DNA of 64,000 nucleotides from Theionarchaea archaeon (GCA_018992685.1 JACVGT010000011.1:96001-160000), one strand, 5' to 3'. Shown: positions 9,941 through 20,073, numbered from the stretch's first letter. Translations and numbers: made by a program. The notes: generated from the sequence alone by a model not told the origin.

Positions 9941-9956
9941 TTTTCAGGAGATCGTC

Positions 9957-10331
9957 ATGTACTCACAACAGGTTATAGATCATTTTAACAACCCGCGTAA
10001 CCAGGGTCGCATGGAGAATCCAGACGGAGTGGGAAAAGTGGGAAACCCTGTGTGCGGAGATGTCATGTATATCTACATTAAGGTAAAGGATGATGTCATA
10101 CAGGACATTTCTTGGGAAACGATGGGGTGTGCTGCGGCTATTGCAACTTCCTCTATGATCAGTGAACTGGCCAAGGGCAAAACACTGGATGAAGCAGAGA
10201 AGATCACTAGGGGTGACGTGGCAGATGCGTTACAGGGATTGCCTTCAGTGAAGATGCACTGTTCAAACCTGGCGGCTGATGGTCTCCGGAAAGCAATTGA
10301 GGACTACCGGAACAGGAGGGGAATGGCATGA
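9957..10331 (+). CDS. iscU: Fe-S cluster scaffold IscU/NifU
   Basis: MYSQQVIDHFNNPRN.G, GNPVCGDVM, GCAAAIATSS, KMHCSNLA. Confidence 0.95.
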   Translation: MYSQQVIDHFNNPRNQGRMENPDGVGKVGNPVCGDVMYIYIKVKDDVIQDISWETMGCAAAIATSSMISELAKGKTLDEAEKITRGDVADALQGLPSVKMHCSNLAADGLRKAIEDYRNRRGMA

Positions 10332-11500
10332 GACAGGTTTATCTGGATCATTCTGCAACCAGTGCAGTAGATCCCCGGGTCATTGAAGTCATGATGCCTT
10401 TCTTCGACGTGAGATATGGGAATGCTTCGTCTCTGCACACAATGGGACAGGAAGCCAACAGAGCATTGGAGGATGCCCGAAAAACTGTGGCCCAGAAGCT
10501 GCACTGTACCCCTGAAGAGATAATTTTTACCTCAGGCGGGACAGAATCCAATAATGCAGCATTCAAAGGCGCAGCCTTCACTCGGTTGAGAAAAGGGAAG
10601 AAGGGGCACATTATCACCTCTACCATTGAGCATGATTGTGTGCTGAACACATGCCAGTGGCTGGAGAGTCTGGGGTTTTCTGTCACATATTTGCCGGTGG
10701 ATAACTATGGATTGGTTTCTCCTGAGTCTCTGGAAGATGCCATCACGGGAGACACCATCCTGGTCTCCATCATGCACGCGAACAACGAAATTGGAACCAT
10801 ACAGGATATCAGAGAACTGGCCCACATTGCTCATGAACGCGACGTCTTGTTCCATACTGATGCAGTCCAGAGTGTTACTAAGGTGCCTGTTGATGTACAG
10901 GAGATTGGTGTAGACCTGCTTTCAGTGTCCTCTCACAAGATTCATGGACCCAAGGGTGTGGGTTGCCTCTATGTTAAGAAGGGGACGACTGTTGATCCTC
11001 TACTGCACGGGGGAGGGCATGAAAAAGGGTTCAGATCTGGAACGGAAAATATCCCCGGTATTGTGGGATTTTCAGAGGCTCTTGCCATTGGTGAAGAGGA
11101 AAGACCCAGAGAGATGCCCAGAATTGAAAGATTACGCGATGAGCTGATAGATGGTGTTTCAATCATAGAGAATTCCTGGTTGAATGGACACCCGAAAAGG
11201 AGACTCCCAATCAATGCACACTTCTGCTTTAGATTCATTGAAGGGGAGAGTCTTGTTCTTCGATTGAGCGGGAAGGGTATTTATGCTTCTACAGGCTCAG
11301 CCTGTTCCTCAAAATCGCTGAAGCCCAGTCATGTACTTCTGGCCATTGGGCTCCCGCCTGAAGATGCGCACAGCTCTTTGCGGCTAACTCTGGGGAGAGA
11401 CAACACTGAGGGCGATATTCAGTATACACTGAAAGTATTGCCTGAAGTAGTAACTGATCTGAGAAAAATCAGTCCATTCAAGGCTTCATTTCAAGAGTAA
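10328..11500 (+). CDS. iscS: Cysteine desulfurase IscS/NifS
   Basis: YLDHSAT, SGGTESNN, SSHKIHGPKG (PLP Lys), STGSACSS. Confidence 0.95.
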   Translation: MRQVYLDHSATSAVDPRVIEVMMPFFDVRYGNASSLHTMGQEANRALEDARKTVAQKLHCTPEEIIFTSGGTESNNAAFKGAAFTRLRKGKKGHIITSTIEHDCVLNTCQWLESLGFSVTYLPVDNYGLVSPESLEDAITGDTILVSIMHANNEIGTIQDIRELAHIAHERDVLFHTDAVQSVTKVPVDVQEIGVDLLSVSSHKIHGPKGVGCLYVKKGTTVDPLLHGGGHEKGFRSGTENIPGIVGFSEALAIGEEERPREMPRIERLRDELIDGVSIIENSWLNGHPKRRLPINAHFCFRFIEGESLVLRLSGKGIYASTGSACSSKSLKPSHVLLAIGLPPEDAHSSLRLTLGRDNTEGDIQYTLKVLPEVVTDLRKISPFKASFQE

Positions 11501-11612
11501 CACGATCGTATTTTTGGTGAAAATCACAATTAACAATGAAAATATTACAATCAATTCGGAAAAAAATGATGACAACCGAAAAGTTTATATAGGGGTATAC
11601 CTGTAGTAGATC

Positions 11613-11800
11613 ATAGCACAGCCAACACTGCAAGCAGGAGCCAACATTTCCTCCTTGATCGTTGGTTCTTTCGCCACCCCCGAATTGGCTAACAAGAAGA
11701 GCATTTGAAAACACGATCCAGCCAATCTCTGAAGGGGTGGTGAAAGACCAAGAAGTCGTGGCTCAGAACCTCCGGGCCACGACTCAACTTCCTTTTTTTC
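11613..11800 (+). ncRNA. Candidate structured non-coding RNA (~190 nt), family unknown
   Basis: BRE/TATA ccgaaaag-tttatata at 11576-11591; stems 11667-11680/11734-11747, 11684-11690/11720-11726, 11754-11764/11774-11784; T7 tract at 11793-11799; no plus-strand ORF in the track. Confidence 0.55.
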
Positions 11801-12415
11801 TGAACGATTGAATTTTATGTGATTGATCTTTGCGAGAATAATTTTCAATACACATTGTCTTGTCTGACATGAATGGAACTCTGGAGAATTCTATGTTGCT
11901 CAAAATTCCTTTGTCAAAACTCAGACATCTCCCTAAATAGGGAAGGTGAAAGAGATTTATAAACAGAAAAAGAACGTGGGCCGTAACAGAAGGTTTAAAT
12001 GCAAAATGAGAGAAAAAGAAAACTGAATCCCATTTACCTTAACTGAATCTGTGAAATCACCATCTGAAAGTACTGGAACAACATTTCCGCTCCCTCTTCT
12101 GGAATCTTCTTACTTGGATATGGTGAAGCTCAAGAGATTGAAATAACAAGGTCATGACCTAGCGTGTCACCTTGGATACGAGAGCTGGATTGAGTGGATC
12201 GAGGTGCCGGGAAACATTATTGATGTTGATGTCCTAGAGAGAAGGGTCAAATGCCCATATAGCCACATGAAACGTGTTAAAGGACGAAAGTAGATGTAGC
12301 ATCTGGGAGATGGGTTTCTGAGACTGTGGGCCCTGCAAACAGAGATACTGGCGGCTTCATGGACATGGTTTCGGAGAGTGCAGCGGAAGATTTGCGGAAC
12401 TAGAGAAAACTGTGG

Positions 12416-14056
12416 TTAAACCATATAAGCCAGCCATTTGGCTGTTTCGGCGTCTGTAATCAGTGTTCTCACCAATCCTCCTCTAATAGCACCAAGTATT
12501 GCTTCCTTCTTTTCCTTTCCTCCTGCAATAGCGATGAGATTGACGCCAGGTCTTTCTGCAACTTCCTTCAGATCTTCAGCACTAAACGCGAAAAACTGAT
12601 CATAGTACTGTCCCAAGTACTCCCTCTGATCCTCTGATAGACTGTCTTTCATGAGGAACTGGCCGTCTTTGTTATACAGATGGAAGTTGATTTCTCCGAC
12701 AACGTCCATTTCCTTTAGCTTGTCTGGAGTTAGATTAGCCTTATCAAGAACGTAGGCAACGTTTGCACTTGTAGTAGTCGGCTGTCCAATTCCAAGGAGA
12801 AAGATGTCAGATCTCTTGGCCAATTCGAACGTCTTGCTGGCTTCCTTTCGAGCTGCATCAATGACCTTCCCACGGATTTCAGGCTCGAATACAGTAGGAT
12901 CAAGGTTAGGAAGGCGGTGAGCAAGAATGTTATCTCCAGTTATCTTTATCCTCAGCGGATCTGTCAACATATTGGCATCTATAGGTTGGGCAATATCGGA
13001 GAGGAATGCATTTAGTGGAAACACATCGATGTTATGCAATTCGCTTTTGTTCATCTGTGATATCGTATTGTACAAAGTTCTTCCGCAGCTAATCGAAATC
13101 TTGAAACAATTCTTGAGCTGCTGGTCTAAATACCTTGCTGCCTCAAATGCAAGGCTTTCAAAAGATGAGTCATTGGCAATTCTGACCACTTGAAGTCGGT
13201 AATTCGAATATTTCTTGGCAAGATCACTTTCAATTTTCTTCTTTTTTTCTTCAGTGAGAATTTCGACTCCCGAATGGGTCAAAGCAAGACTCGGTCCTCT
13301 CAGCCAACCTATCAGGACTGGATGCTGTTCATCATTGGATATTTTGGGAATTTCATTTGACAAGTAAAGCCAGAGTTCGTCTAGATCAACGGCTTCGTCG
13401 TCTCGAAGATCTGCTTTGCCCGTGAGTCCCTCAATCAAACAATGGCTTAGAATCCCATGGCCAATTCTACTGCTTTCTTTTGCCAGTTCATTGCACTCGC
13501 ATGCGGTAATAATTGCTCTTCCAACTCCAAAGGCATCCCGAAGGAATGATTCTCCAACTGGGTATCTCTCAACTTCCCTATACCCATCTTTTAGGAAAGT
13601 TCGTCCGCCAGCTGCACCACTATAACAGCAATCAAGTGTTACAATCGTCTTTTCTGATCTTATTCTGTCGAGTTGAGCTGCAAAGAACTTGAAATCTATT
13701 GCAGACGCAATGAGATTGTCAACATCTGTGTCACAGGGCGCAAGATACTTTGAAAGGCGATCATCTTGATATCCCTGAACTTCATCATGTTCATGGCAAC
13801 CGTGACCTGAAAAATGGATCAAGACTGTGTCGTTTTCTTGTACGCTACGTTGCATTTCTCTAATTTTTCTCAGTATGTTCCCCCTTGTAGCATTTTCGTC
13901 CACAAGAAGCGTAACATTTTCTGGAGAGATGCGCCAATAGCTCAAGTCATTAAGTACCTCATGGAGCATCTTGGCATCCTCTCTCGCCCAACTAAGAGAA
14001 GGAATTCTCTTATCTTTGTATTGATCTATTCCTATGATTAAAGCATATTCTCCCAT
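12416..14056 (-). CDS. Caspase-like peptidase (C14) fused to a SorC/DeoR-family sugar-binding domain
   Basis: YALIIGIDQY, FSGHG (His), LDCCYSG (Cys); C-terminal ISCGRTL, FLLGIG, VGEINFHLYNKDG, IAIAGGKEKKEAILGAIRGGLVRTLITD; RBS aaggagg. Confidence 0.85.
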   Translation of the reverse strand: MGEYALIIGIDQYKDKRIPSLSWAREDAKMLHEVLNDLSYWRISPENVTLLVDENATRGNILRKIREMQRSVQENDTVLIHFSGHGCHEHDEVQGYQDDRLSKYLAPCDTDVDNLIASAIDFKFFAAQLDRIRSEKTIVTLDCCYSGAAGGRTFLKDGYREVERYPVGESFLRDAFGVGRAIITACECNELAKESSRIGHGILSHCLIEGLTGKADLRDDEAVDLDELWLYLSNEIPKISNDEQHPVLIGWLRGPSLALTHSGVEILTEEKKKKIESDLAKKYSNYRLQVVRIANDSSFESLAFEAARYLDQQLKNCFKISISCGRTLYNTISQMNKSELHNIDVFPLNAFLSDIAQPIDANMLTDPLRIKITGDNILAHRLPNLDPTVFEPEIRGKVIDAARKEASKTFELAKRSDIFLLGIGQPTTTSANVAYVLDKANLTPDKLKEMDVVGEINFHLYNKDGQFLMKDSLSEDQREYLGQYYDQFFAFSAEDLKEVAERPGVNLIAIAGGKEKKEAILGAIRGGLVRTLITDAETAKWLAYMV

Positions 14057-14570
14057 TTCAATGCCTCCTTTGGGACCAATCTGTTCATATTTGCGTTGCT
14101 TTGTGCACTACTCTGAATTCTGGAAACAGATTTTCCCTCATACCCAACAACCTTTTCATCACTTCTCGAGTATCGAGAATTGATTTGGCGCATTCTTTGT
14201 TTTGCTCAAGATTCTACTTCTTCGTGTTTTTAGGCGTCTTTTTTGCCCTGTTCTTATTTGAATGTATTGTCTTATAAGGCTTTCTATGCACTTCCTGCAG
14301 ATTTTTTGAGTGTCTTTTTATCTATTCAATGATCTTAGATCTTACATCGATATGAAAGAATAATCCTCAGGTACCAGAAACAGCTTTAGGATATACAAAG
14401 CAGACTGAACGAATAGAAGACAAATAGAAATGACAAAAGGAAGAATTTTGATCCAGATGGTGCCAAAGAAGAAGAAAACAAACAAGTTCCTTCAGCACGA
14501 GATCTCTTGAAATTTTCGCCCCTGTCTGTTCGTCTGAACTTGCTGGGTTACCTCCCTATCTTTTCAGCTT

Positions 14571-15443
14571 TTACTTCTTGATAACCAGATATATCCCCAC
14601 AATTACCAAAGTGCCCCCGACACCAATGAGTAGTGTGGGAACTTCTTTCAAAAACATCACTGCCAACAGGGTAGCTCCCACAGGCTCTCCCAATATTGCC
14701 ACACTTACTACACCTGCCTTCAAATACTTCAGACAGTAATTGTACAGCGTATGCCCCAACCCCGAAGAGACCACTCCCAGCGCTGCAAATACGACATACT
14801 GCCACACGGAATATCCCGTCAGGGCATGTCCAAATCCCAGTGAAGTGACCAGTAGGAATCCAAAAGAAATGCAGTACACCCCGGACACGTAACTGAATGT
14901 GTCCAGATTCCTTCTCAAATCTCTTCCGATCACCAAATACCCCGCAAGCCCTACAGCGCCCACCAGAGCCAGTAGAATCCCCATCATGTTCTGTGAGACA
15001 GGGTTATTCAGTCCAATCAACACCGCACCTATCATGGAGATGATAATTCCAGCTACTGCTCTTCCGCTCAACGTTTCCTTCAAGAACACATACGATAACC
15101 CAGCCACAAATAAGGGAGAAGAATCCACAATGATGACGCTGGTGGCTACTGTCGTATAGAATAGTGAGGTGATCCAGGTGGCAAAGTGTACGTACAGAAA
15201 GAACCCTGACAGTATCAATGCAACCATATCCCTCTTGCCCAGCCCGAAAAGCTGATGGATCTGACCCCGGCCTACTGCGAGCACAACCATGCACATACTG
15301 GCAATTCCCAGTCTGTACGTAGCAATTACCAGAGGAGGCGCCTCACTCATTCTGATGAGAATAGATGCTGAGGACACAGCACAAATAGCCGTAAGTAGGG
15401 CCAGACGTGGGGACAGCATTACATACCATCTTAGAATGTCCAT
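14571..15443 (-). CDS. DMT/EamA-family transporter
   Basis: About 10 hydrophobic helices; HFATWITSLFYTTVA, GHTLYNYCLK, LGEPVGATLLA. Confidence 0.9.
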   Translation of the reverse strand: MDILRWYVMLSPRLALLTAICAVSSASILIRMSEAPPLVIATYRLGIASMCMVVLAVGRGQIHQLFGLGKRDMVALILSGFFLYVHFATWITSLFYTTVATSVIIVDSSPLFVAGLSYVFLKETLSGRAVAGIIISMIGAVLIGLNNPVSQNMMGILLALVGAVGLAGYLVIGRDLRRNLDTFSYVSGVYCISFGFLLVTSLGFGHALTGYSVWQYVVFAALGVVSSGLGHTLYNYCLKYLKAGVVSVAILGEPVGATLLAVMFLKEVPTLLIGVGGTLVIVGIYLVIKK

Positions 15444-15503
15444 AAAAAGGTGTCGCACTCCCCTTTCAGTACGCAACCATCTCCTCAAAAAAGGAAGAAG
15501 AAA

Positions 15504-16640
15504 TCATTCCTTTTTTTTCTTTTCAATAGTCACCAATTCGTACTCCAGTTCTCCAACCCCCAGATCAGCCGCCGCTGTCACATGGATATATGGATTCCGT
15601 TTTGTCACCCGTTCAAGCAGCCCTTTCCCAGGCTCCATGCCTTCTGCTGCAGAATCAGCCAGAGGGTTCTTACTCTCGATGATGTCTAATGCAGCCTTGT
15701 CAATTGCCACAGGATCATCTCCCGCCAGTATCCCCTGATCATTGATAATGGCTGTATCTGCGTGAGGATGGCAGTCACAGTGCGGCATGATATCAGTCAT
15801 AAAGGATATATAGAAGATCTTCCCCTTTTCAAAGGTTGAAATGGCAGCTTTAGCAGCCTCTGCCAGTCCTCTTTGCATTCTCTCCTCATCCTGTTCCATT
15901 CCTAACGCTTTATTCTCGCATGCTTCAACACACCGTCCGCATTTGACACACTTTGCACCGTCCAGTTCGAAAGTATCTTCAACTGTTATAGCACCGTGAT
16001 CACAGGCTTCAGCACAGTTCCCACACAGAATGCACTTATCCTGGAAGTGGATAATTGACACTCTGGCTAGGGCATGGATTTTTCCCCTCTCAGAGGTACC
16101 CTCCCTGTTCCGTGAAGATATGGCACCCATTCCCAGGTTCTTGATGGCTCCTCCAAATCCAGCCTGAATATGTCCCTTGCAATGTGTAACAACAATCATG
16201 GCCTGGGCGTCGTAGATCTCAGCAGCAATACCAATCTCATTCAATGACTCTCCTGCAGGAACCCGCACGTAATTCCTCCCGAAGAGCCCGTCAGCCAGCA
16301 CCACCGGGCACCCCACAGATAAGTGATTGTACCCCTGCATGTTGGCAATCTCCAGGTAATCCAGTCCCTTGGGTCTTACCGTATCCGTCAGAAAAGGGTT
16401 TCCACCCGCGGCTTTCACCGCCTCTACAATTTTCCTCAGGAAAATCGGCCGTAACCCTTTGTGTCCTCCCCGTGATCCAAAGTGGATTTTAATGGCGACG
16501 TAATCTCCTTCTTTGATGTAGTGAGAAAGATCTGCCTCTTTCAGGATTTGCTCCAATTTGGCCACCATAGAAACTTCATAACTAATCTCACGAGTACGTG
16601 CATCAGCAAAATACAACTTCTTCATAGGAAAGCATGGCAC
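15504..16640 (-). CDS. DUF362 family Fe-S protein with 2x[4Fe-4S] ferredoxin insert
   Basis: VAIKIHFG, THCKGH..AGFGGAIKNLGMG, two CxxCxxCxxxC, CDC, DPVAIDKA. Confidence 0.9.
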   Translation of the reverse strand: MPCFPMKKLYFADARTREISYEVSMVAKLEQILKEADLSHYIKEGDYVAIKIHFGSRGGHKGLRPIFLRKIVEAVKAAGGNPFLTDTVRPKGLDYLEIANMQGYNHLSVGCPVVLADGLFGRNYVRVPAGESLNEIGIAAEIYDAQAMIVVTHCKGHIQAGFGGAIKNLGMGAISSRNREGTSERGKIHALARVSIIHFQDKCILCGNCAEACDHGAITVEDTFELDGAKCVKCGRCVEACENKALGMEQDEERMQRGLAEAAKAAISTFEKGKIFYISFMTDIMPHCDCHPHADTAIINDQGILAGDDPVAIDKAALDIIESKNPLADSAAEGMEPGKGLLERVTKRNPYIHVTAAADLGVGELEYELVTIEKKKKE

Positions 16641-16891
16641 ATGAGTTATTTAAAAGTTGTTGTCTGAATTGCACAAGATATCCAGCAGCGTTTCATTCCC
16701 AGGATATGTCCTCCTCTTCCTTTCTCCTCTTTTATACTCTGAATACGTCTGTAGGATATCCCATAACTTTGCATTCTCTCTTCTACCTTATGATTATGCC
16801 CCATAATCATTTTCAGTGGACATCGCAGTGGTCGCCTCGTCAAGAATACCAGATCTTCATGGGCCAATGCTGAGTCCCTTCTGAAGAATTG

Positions 16892-17584
16892 TTATACTGA
16901 CAGATCTTCTGGCTTGAGATCGTCAACTTTTCTTCCCTGGGAAAGCAGCACCTGAAGCATTTGGAGCCTCTGTACTATAGTATTTCTGTGACTCATGAGA
17001 AATGTACATTTCTCGTCACCCTGTGCCTTGCACGTTACTTCTCTGGCTTCCAAGGGGACACCGAAAGACTCCGCACACCATCCTGCAGAATACCCTGCGT
17101 TGATATGGCAGATAGGTCTGTCTGTTTTCTCCTTTGAAGCCAGAAAGTGTTCCGCTTCAAACGAGCCAGGATGGTGGTATGTCAAGAGATAGGATTCATC
17201 TGAACTCGGTGCAGAAGCCGGAAGGATATTGACGAAGGCCCATCCACTATACGAGAAGTATACAGGGCCTGCTGAGAGTTTCTCTAGAGGATCCTTAATG
17301 CCGAATTTCCTGTGAAACTTCCTTGCTTCTTGTTCACCCACAGCCTTTCCGAGTTTGTAGAGGATCTGATCGGCTCCCTTCTCTCCATATACCTCTTCAA
17401 GAACATCCCTGAAAAACGCCAGGGAATCTGCACGCACCCACATATATCGATCTTTGTCTATTTCAATTCTTCCTCTCTCAGGAAGGTATGTCACATTCCC
17501 AAAGAATTCAGAAATGGTGACTTCTGCCTTTTTGAATGTGTCCACCATTTCTGGTGGGACTCCCGCCGCTTTGAATTCTGTCAT
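16892..17584 (-). CDS. V4R/XylR-N-like domain protein, copy 2
   Basis: LSAGPVYFSYSGWAFV, SFEAE, RPICHINAGYSAGWCAESFGVPLEAREVTCKAQGDEKCTF. Confidence 0.85.
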   Translation of the reverse strand: MTEFKAAGVPPEMVDTFKKAEVTISEFFGNVTYLPERGRIEIDKDRYMWVRADSLAFFRDVLEEVYGEKGADQILYKLGKAVGEQEARKFHRKFGIKDPLEKLSAGPVYFSYSGWAFVNILPASAPSSDESYLLTYHHPGSFEAEHFLASKEKTDRPICHINAGYSAGWCAESFGVPLEAREVTCKAQGDEKCTFLMSHRNTIVQRLQMLQVLLSQGRKVDDLKPEDLSV

Positions 17585-17593
17585 TTGCGCACC

Positions 17594-17965
17594 TCATACC
17601 ACGGATGCAATCTCATGAGCAGTTCGCTTCATATCCAGGAAGACCAGGCCGAGCTTTGCATCCTTTCTTGCCAGAGCAGTCAGTACTGCATTCTCGCCTG
17701 CAGCCATTAAGACAACGAATCCAGTCTCTCCCTTGACATACACCTCTGATAGGTCTCCTCTAGCCAGTTCTTTGGCTGTCCTCTCACCCAGTGAGAGCAT
17801 AGCAGCAGACATAGCAGCAACCCTATCCTCTTCCACGTCTCGAGGTAGAGCGGAGGCAATCATCAATCCATCCACAGAAACAACGGCAGACGCTTCAATA
17901 TCGGGAGTAGTCCCCTCCAAGTCCTTTAACAGAGCGTTGAGCTCTTCAGTCTTCGTTTTCGCCAT
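17594..17965 (-). CDS. Roadblock/LC7 (MglB-like) protein, copy 2
   Basis: Near-identical protein to 8786..9160; RBS gaggtg. Confidence 0.95.
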   Translation of the reverse strand: MAKTKTEELNALLKDLEGTTPDIEASAVVSVDGLMIASALPRDVEEDRVAAMSAAMLSLGERTAKELARGDLSEVYVKGETGFVVLMAAGENAVLTALARKDAKLGLVFLDMKRTAHEIASVV

Positions 17966-18450
17966 TTTCAAGACACCTCTCATCTCTATATCAAGTGCAC
18001 TGTTTTCTTCCAAAAAATGCGTGCATCCACCCTCTCTTTTAGAGCTATCAATCTATATAAAATCTGTCTTTGTTAATTGAAGCAGAATGTAGAATTACTA
18101 CTCCTGTCTGAAATCATATGAAGCTGAAATGACGGGACGTGCCTTTCCTAGAGAATGATTGTACTACGTGGCTTACCCTGTCTATCCACATACCCCGGTG
18201 TTTCGAGTACATTTTCAAAGTTTCCCCTGCTCTTCAAGCTCTTCTGCATCCTCTACGGATATCTCCTGCTCACAATTGTCTACTTCGTAAATCAATCATC
18301 ATATCCTGGGGCAATTTCGACCTCAGATCAACAAGAAAGGAGTTTTGATTCTGAAAACTAAGGACTTGCTAAGAATATTAGACAATTCTTACCGTGGATA
18401 CCCACTGCCATTAACAACACCTTTAAATGGATGGATGGCTCATTACTCCC

Positions 18451-20073
18451 ATGAACCCCATTGATTATGAAAAAGAAATGAAAGAGTTTCAATGGGATGT
18501 CCCAGAAACCTATGACATTGCATCAGTGGTTGATTCTCATGCTCGGGATCATCCCTCCCACCCTGCCATTTTGTACGAGGATGAAGAGGGGAAAACCCGC
18601 ACTCTGACATACCATGACCTTATGGTGCAGTCTAGCAAGTTTGCCAACGTGCTCACATCTCTGGGAGTCGGGACAGGGAACCCTGTTTTGATCATGCTTC
18701 CTCGAATTCCCGAAACATACATCGCACAGTTAGGCACCATAAAGACAGGGAGTATTATCACACCAGCAGTGGAAATGCTTCGGTCAAGGAATGTGGTTTA
18801 CAGGGCAAATGACTGCCAGGCTAGGGCTGTCATAACCAATGAGAGTGGATCAGACATTGTGGATGAAGTTCGTTCGCAGTTGGATAGTATTACGAGTTAT
18901 ATCCTGGTTGATGGAGAGAAAAAAGGATGGATCTCCTATGAACAGGAGATGAAGAAGGCTTCTTCGGAATTCAAGACGCATCCCAAGAAGAGCGAAGATA
19001 TCTTTTATATTTCATACACATCAGGAACTACAGGACTGCCAAAAGGAGTCGTACACCAGAACAGCTGGATGTATGCATTCAAGAAGATTAATGTGCCATA
19101 CTGGTATGGGGCTCAAAGGAACGATGTCATCTGGGCCACCACCTCCCCTGGGTGGGCAAAGTGGTTCTGGACACACCTTGGTGTCACCATGAATGTTGGG
19201 GCAACAGATCTTCTGTACAACGGACGGTTTAACCCTGAACGCTACTTCAGGCTGTTGCAGACGCATAAGGTCACTGTTTGCTGTCTGACCCCTACTGAAC
19301 TCAGAATCATGATCAAGGTGCCACATGTAACTCAGTATGATCTGGGCAGTATCCGCAGTTTCTTGTCTGCAGGTGAACCCCTGAATAAGGATGTTATTGA
19401 TTTTTTCAGGGAGAAATTCGGCATCACGATTCGCGAAGGGTATGGCCAAACGGAAACAGTCTGTCTGGTATGCAACTATGTGGGTATCACGGTAAAACCA
19501 GGGAGTATGGGAAAACCCATGCCCGGTCAGGATGTTAGAATTCTGAACGACAAGAATGAGGAGGCCAGCCCAGGAGAGGTAGGTGAGGTTACCACCAAGT
19601 TCGGATTGCCATCTCTGTTCAAGGAGTACTACAAGATGCCTGAGAAAATGAAAGAAGTGGTGAGGGATGGCAGGTACTACACGGGTGATCTCTGCAAAAT
19701 GGATGAGGAGGGATACTACTGGTTTGAGGGGCGAGCAGACGATGTGATCTTAAGTGCCGGGTACAGGATCGGTCCCTTTGAGGTGGAGGATGCACTGCTG
19801 ACTCATCCTGCGGTGCTGGAGTGCGCTGCTGTGGGATCTCCCCATCCGGATCGTGGTGAGATTGTCAAGGCATTTGTGGTCTTGAATCGAGGATGGACTC
19901 CATCTGAAGCCTTGAAAGCAGAACTGCAGAATCACACCAAACAGGTGACAGCCCCTTACAAGTACCCGAGAGAAATTGAGTTTGTGGAAGGTCTGCCCAA
20001 GACCATGAGCGGAAAGATCAAGAGAGCAGAACTGAAACGCATGGAATACGAGAGAAAGCAAGCCAAGGAATAA
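18451..20073 (+). CDS. AMP-forming acyl-CoA synthetase (medium-chain/ACSM-like)
   Basis: YTSGTTGLPKG, EGYGQTET, YYTGD, GRADDVILSAGYRIGPFEVE, LPKTMSGKI. Confidence 0.95.
   Translation: MNPIDYEKEMKEFQWDVPETYDIASVVDSHARDHPSHPAILYEDEEGKTRTLTYHDLMVQSSKFANVLTSLGVGTGNPVLIMLPRIPETYIAQLGTIKTGSIITPAVEMLRSRNVVYRANDCQARAVITNESGSDIVDEVRSQLDSITSYILVDGEKKGWISYEQEMKKASSEFKTHPKKSEDIFYISYTSGTTGLPKGVVHQNSWMYAFKKINVPYWYGAQRNDVIWATTSPGWAKWFWTHLGVTMNVGATDLLYNGRFNPERYFRLLQTHKVTVCCLTPTELRIMIKVPHVTQYDLGSIRSFLSAGEPLNKDVIDFFREKFGITIREGYGQTETVCLVCNYVGITVKPGSMGKPMPGQDVRILNDKNEEASPGEVGEVTTKFGLPSLFKEYYKMPEKMKEVVRDGRYYTGDLCKMDEEGYYWFEGRADDVILSAGYRIGPFEVEDALLTHPAVLECAAVGSPHPDRGEIVKAFVVLNRGWTPSEALKAELQNHTKQVTAPYKYPREIEFVEGLPKTMSGKIKRAELKRMEYERKQAKE

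Noticed and set aside
12060-12415. Possible substrate or partner gene downstream of the caspase
   Set aside because: Only short, stop-interrupted plus-strand fragments; no supportable ORF
14038-14193. 51-aa minus-strand ORF overlapping the caspase start
   Set aside because: No RBS, no recognisable features, and out of frame with the caspase; likely leader sequence
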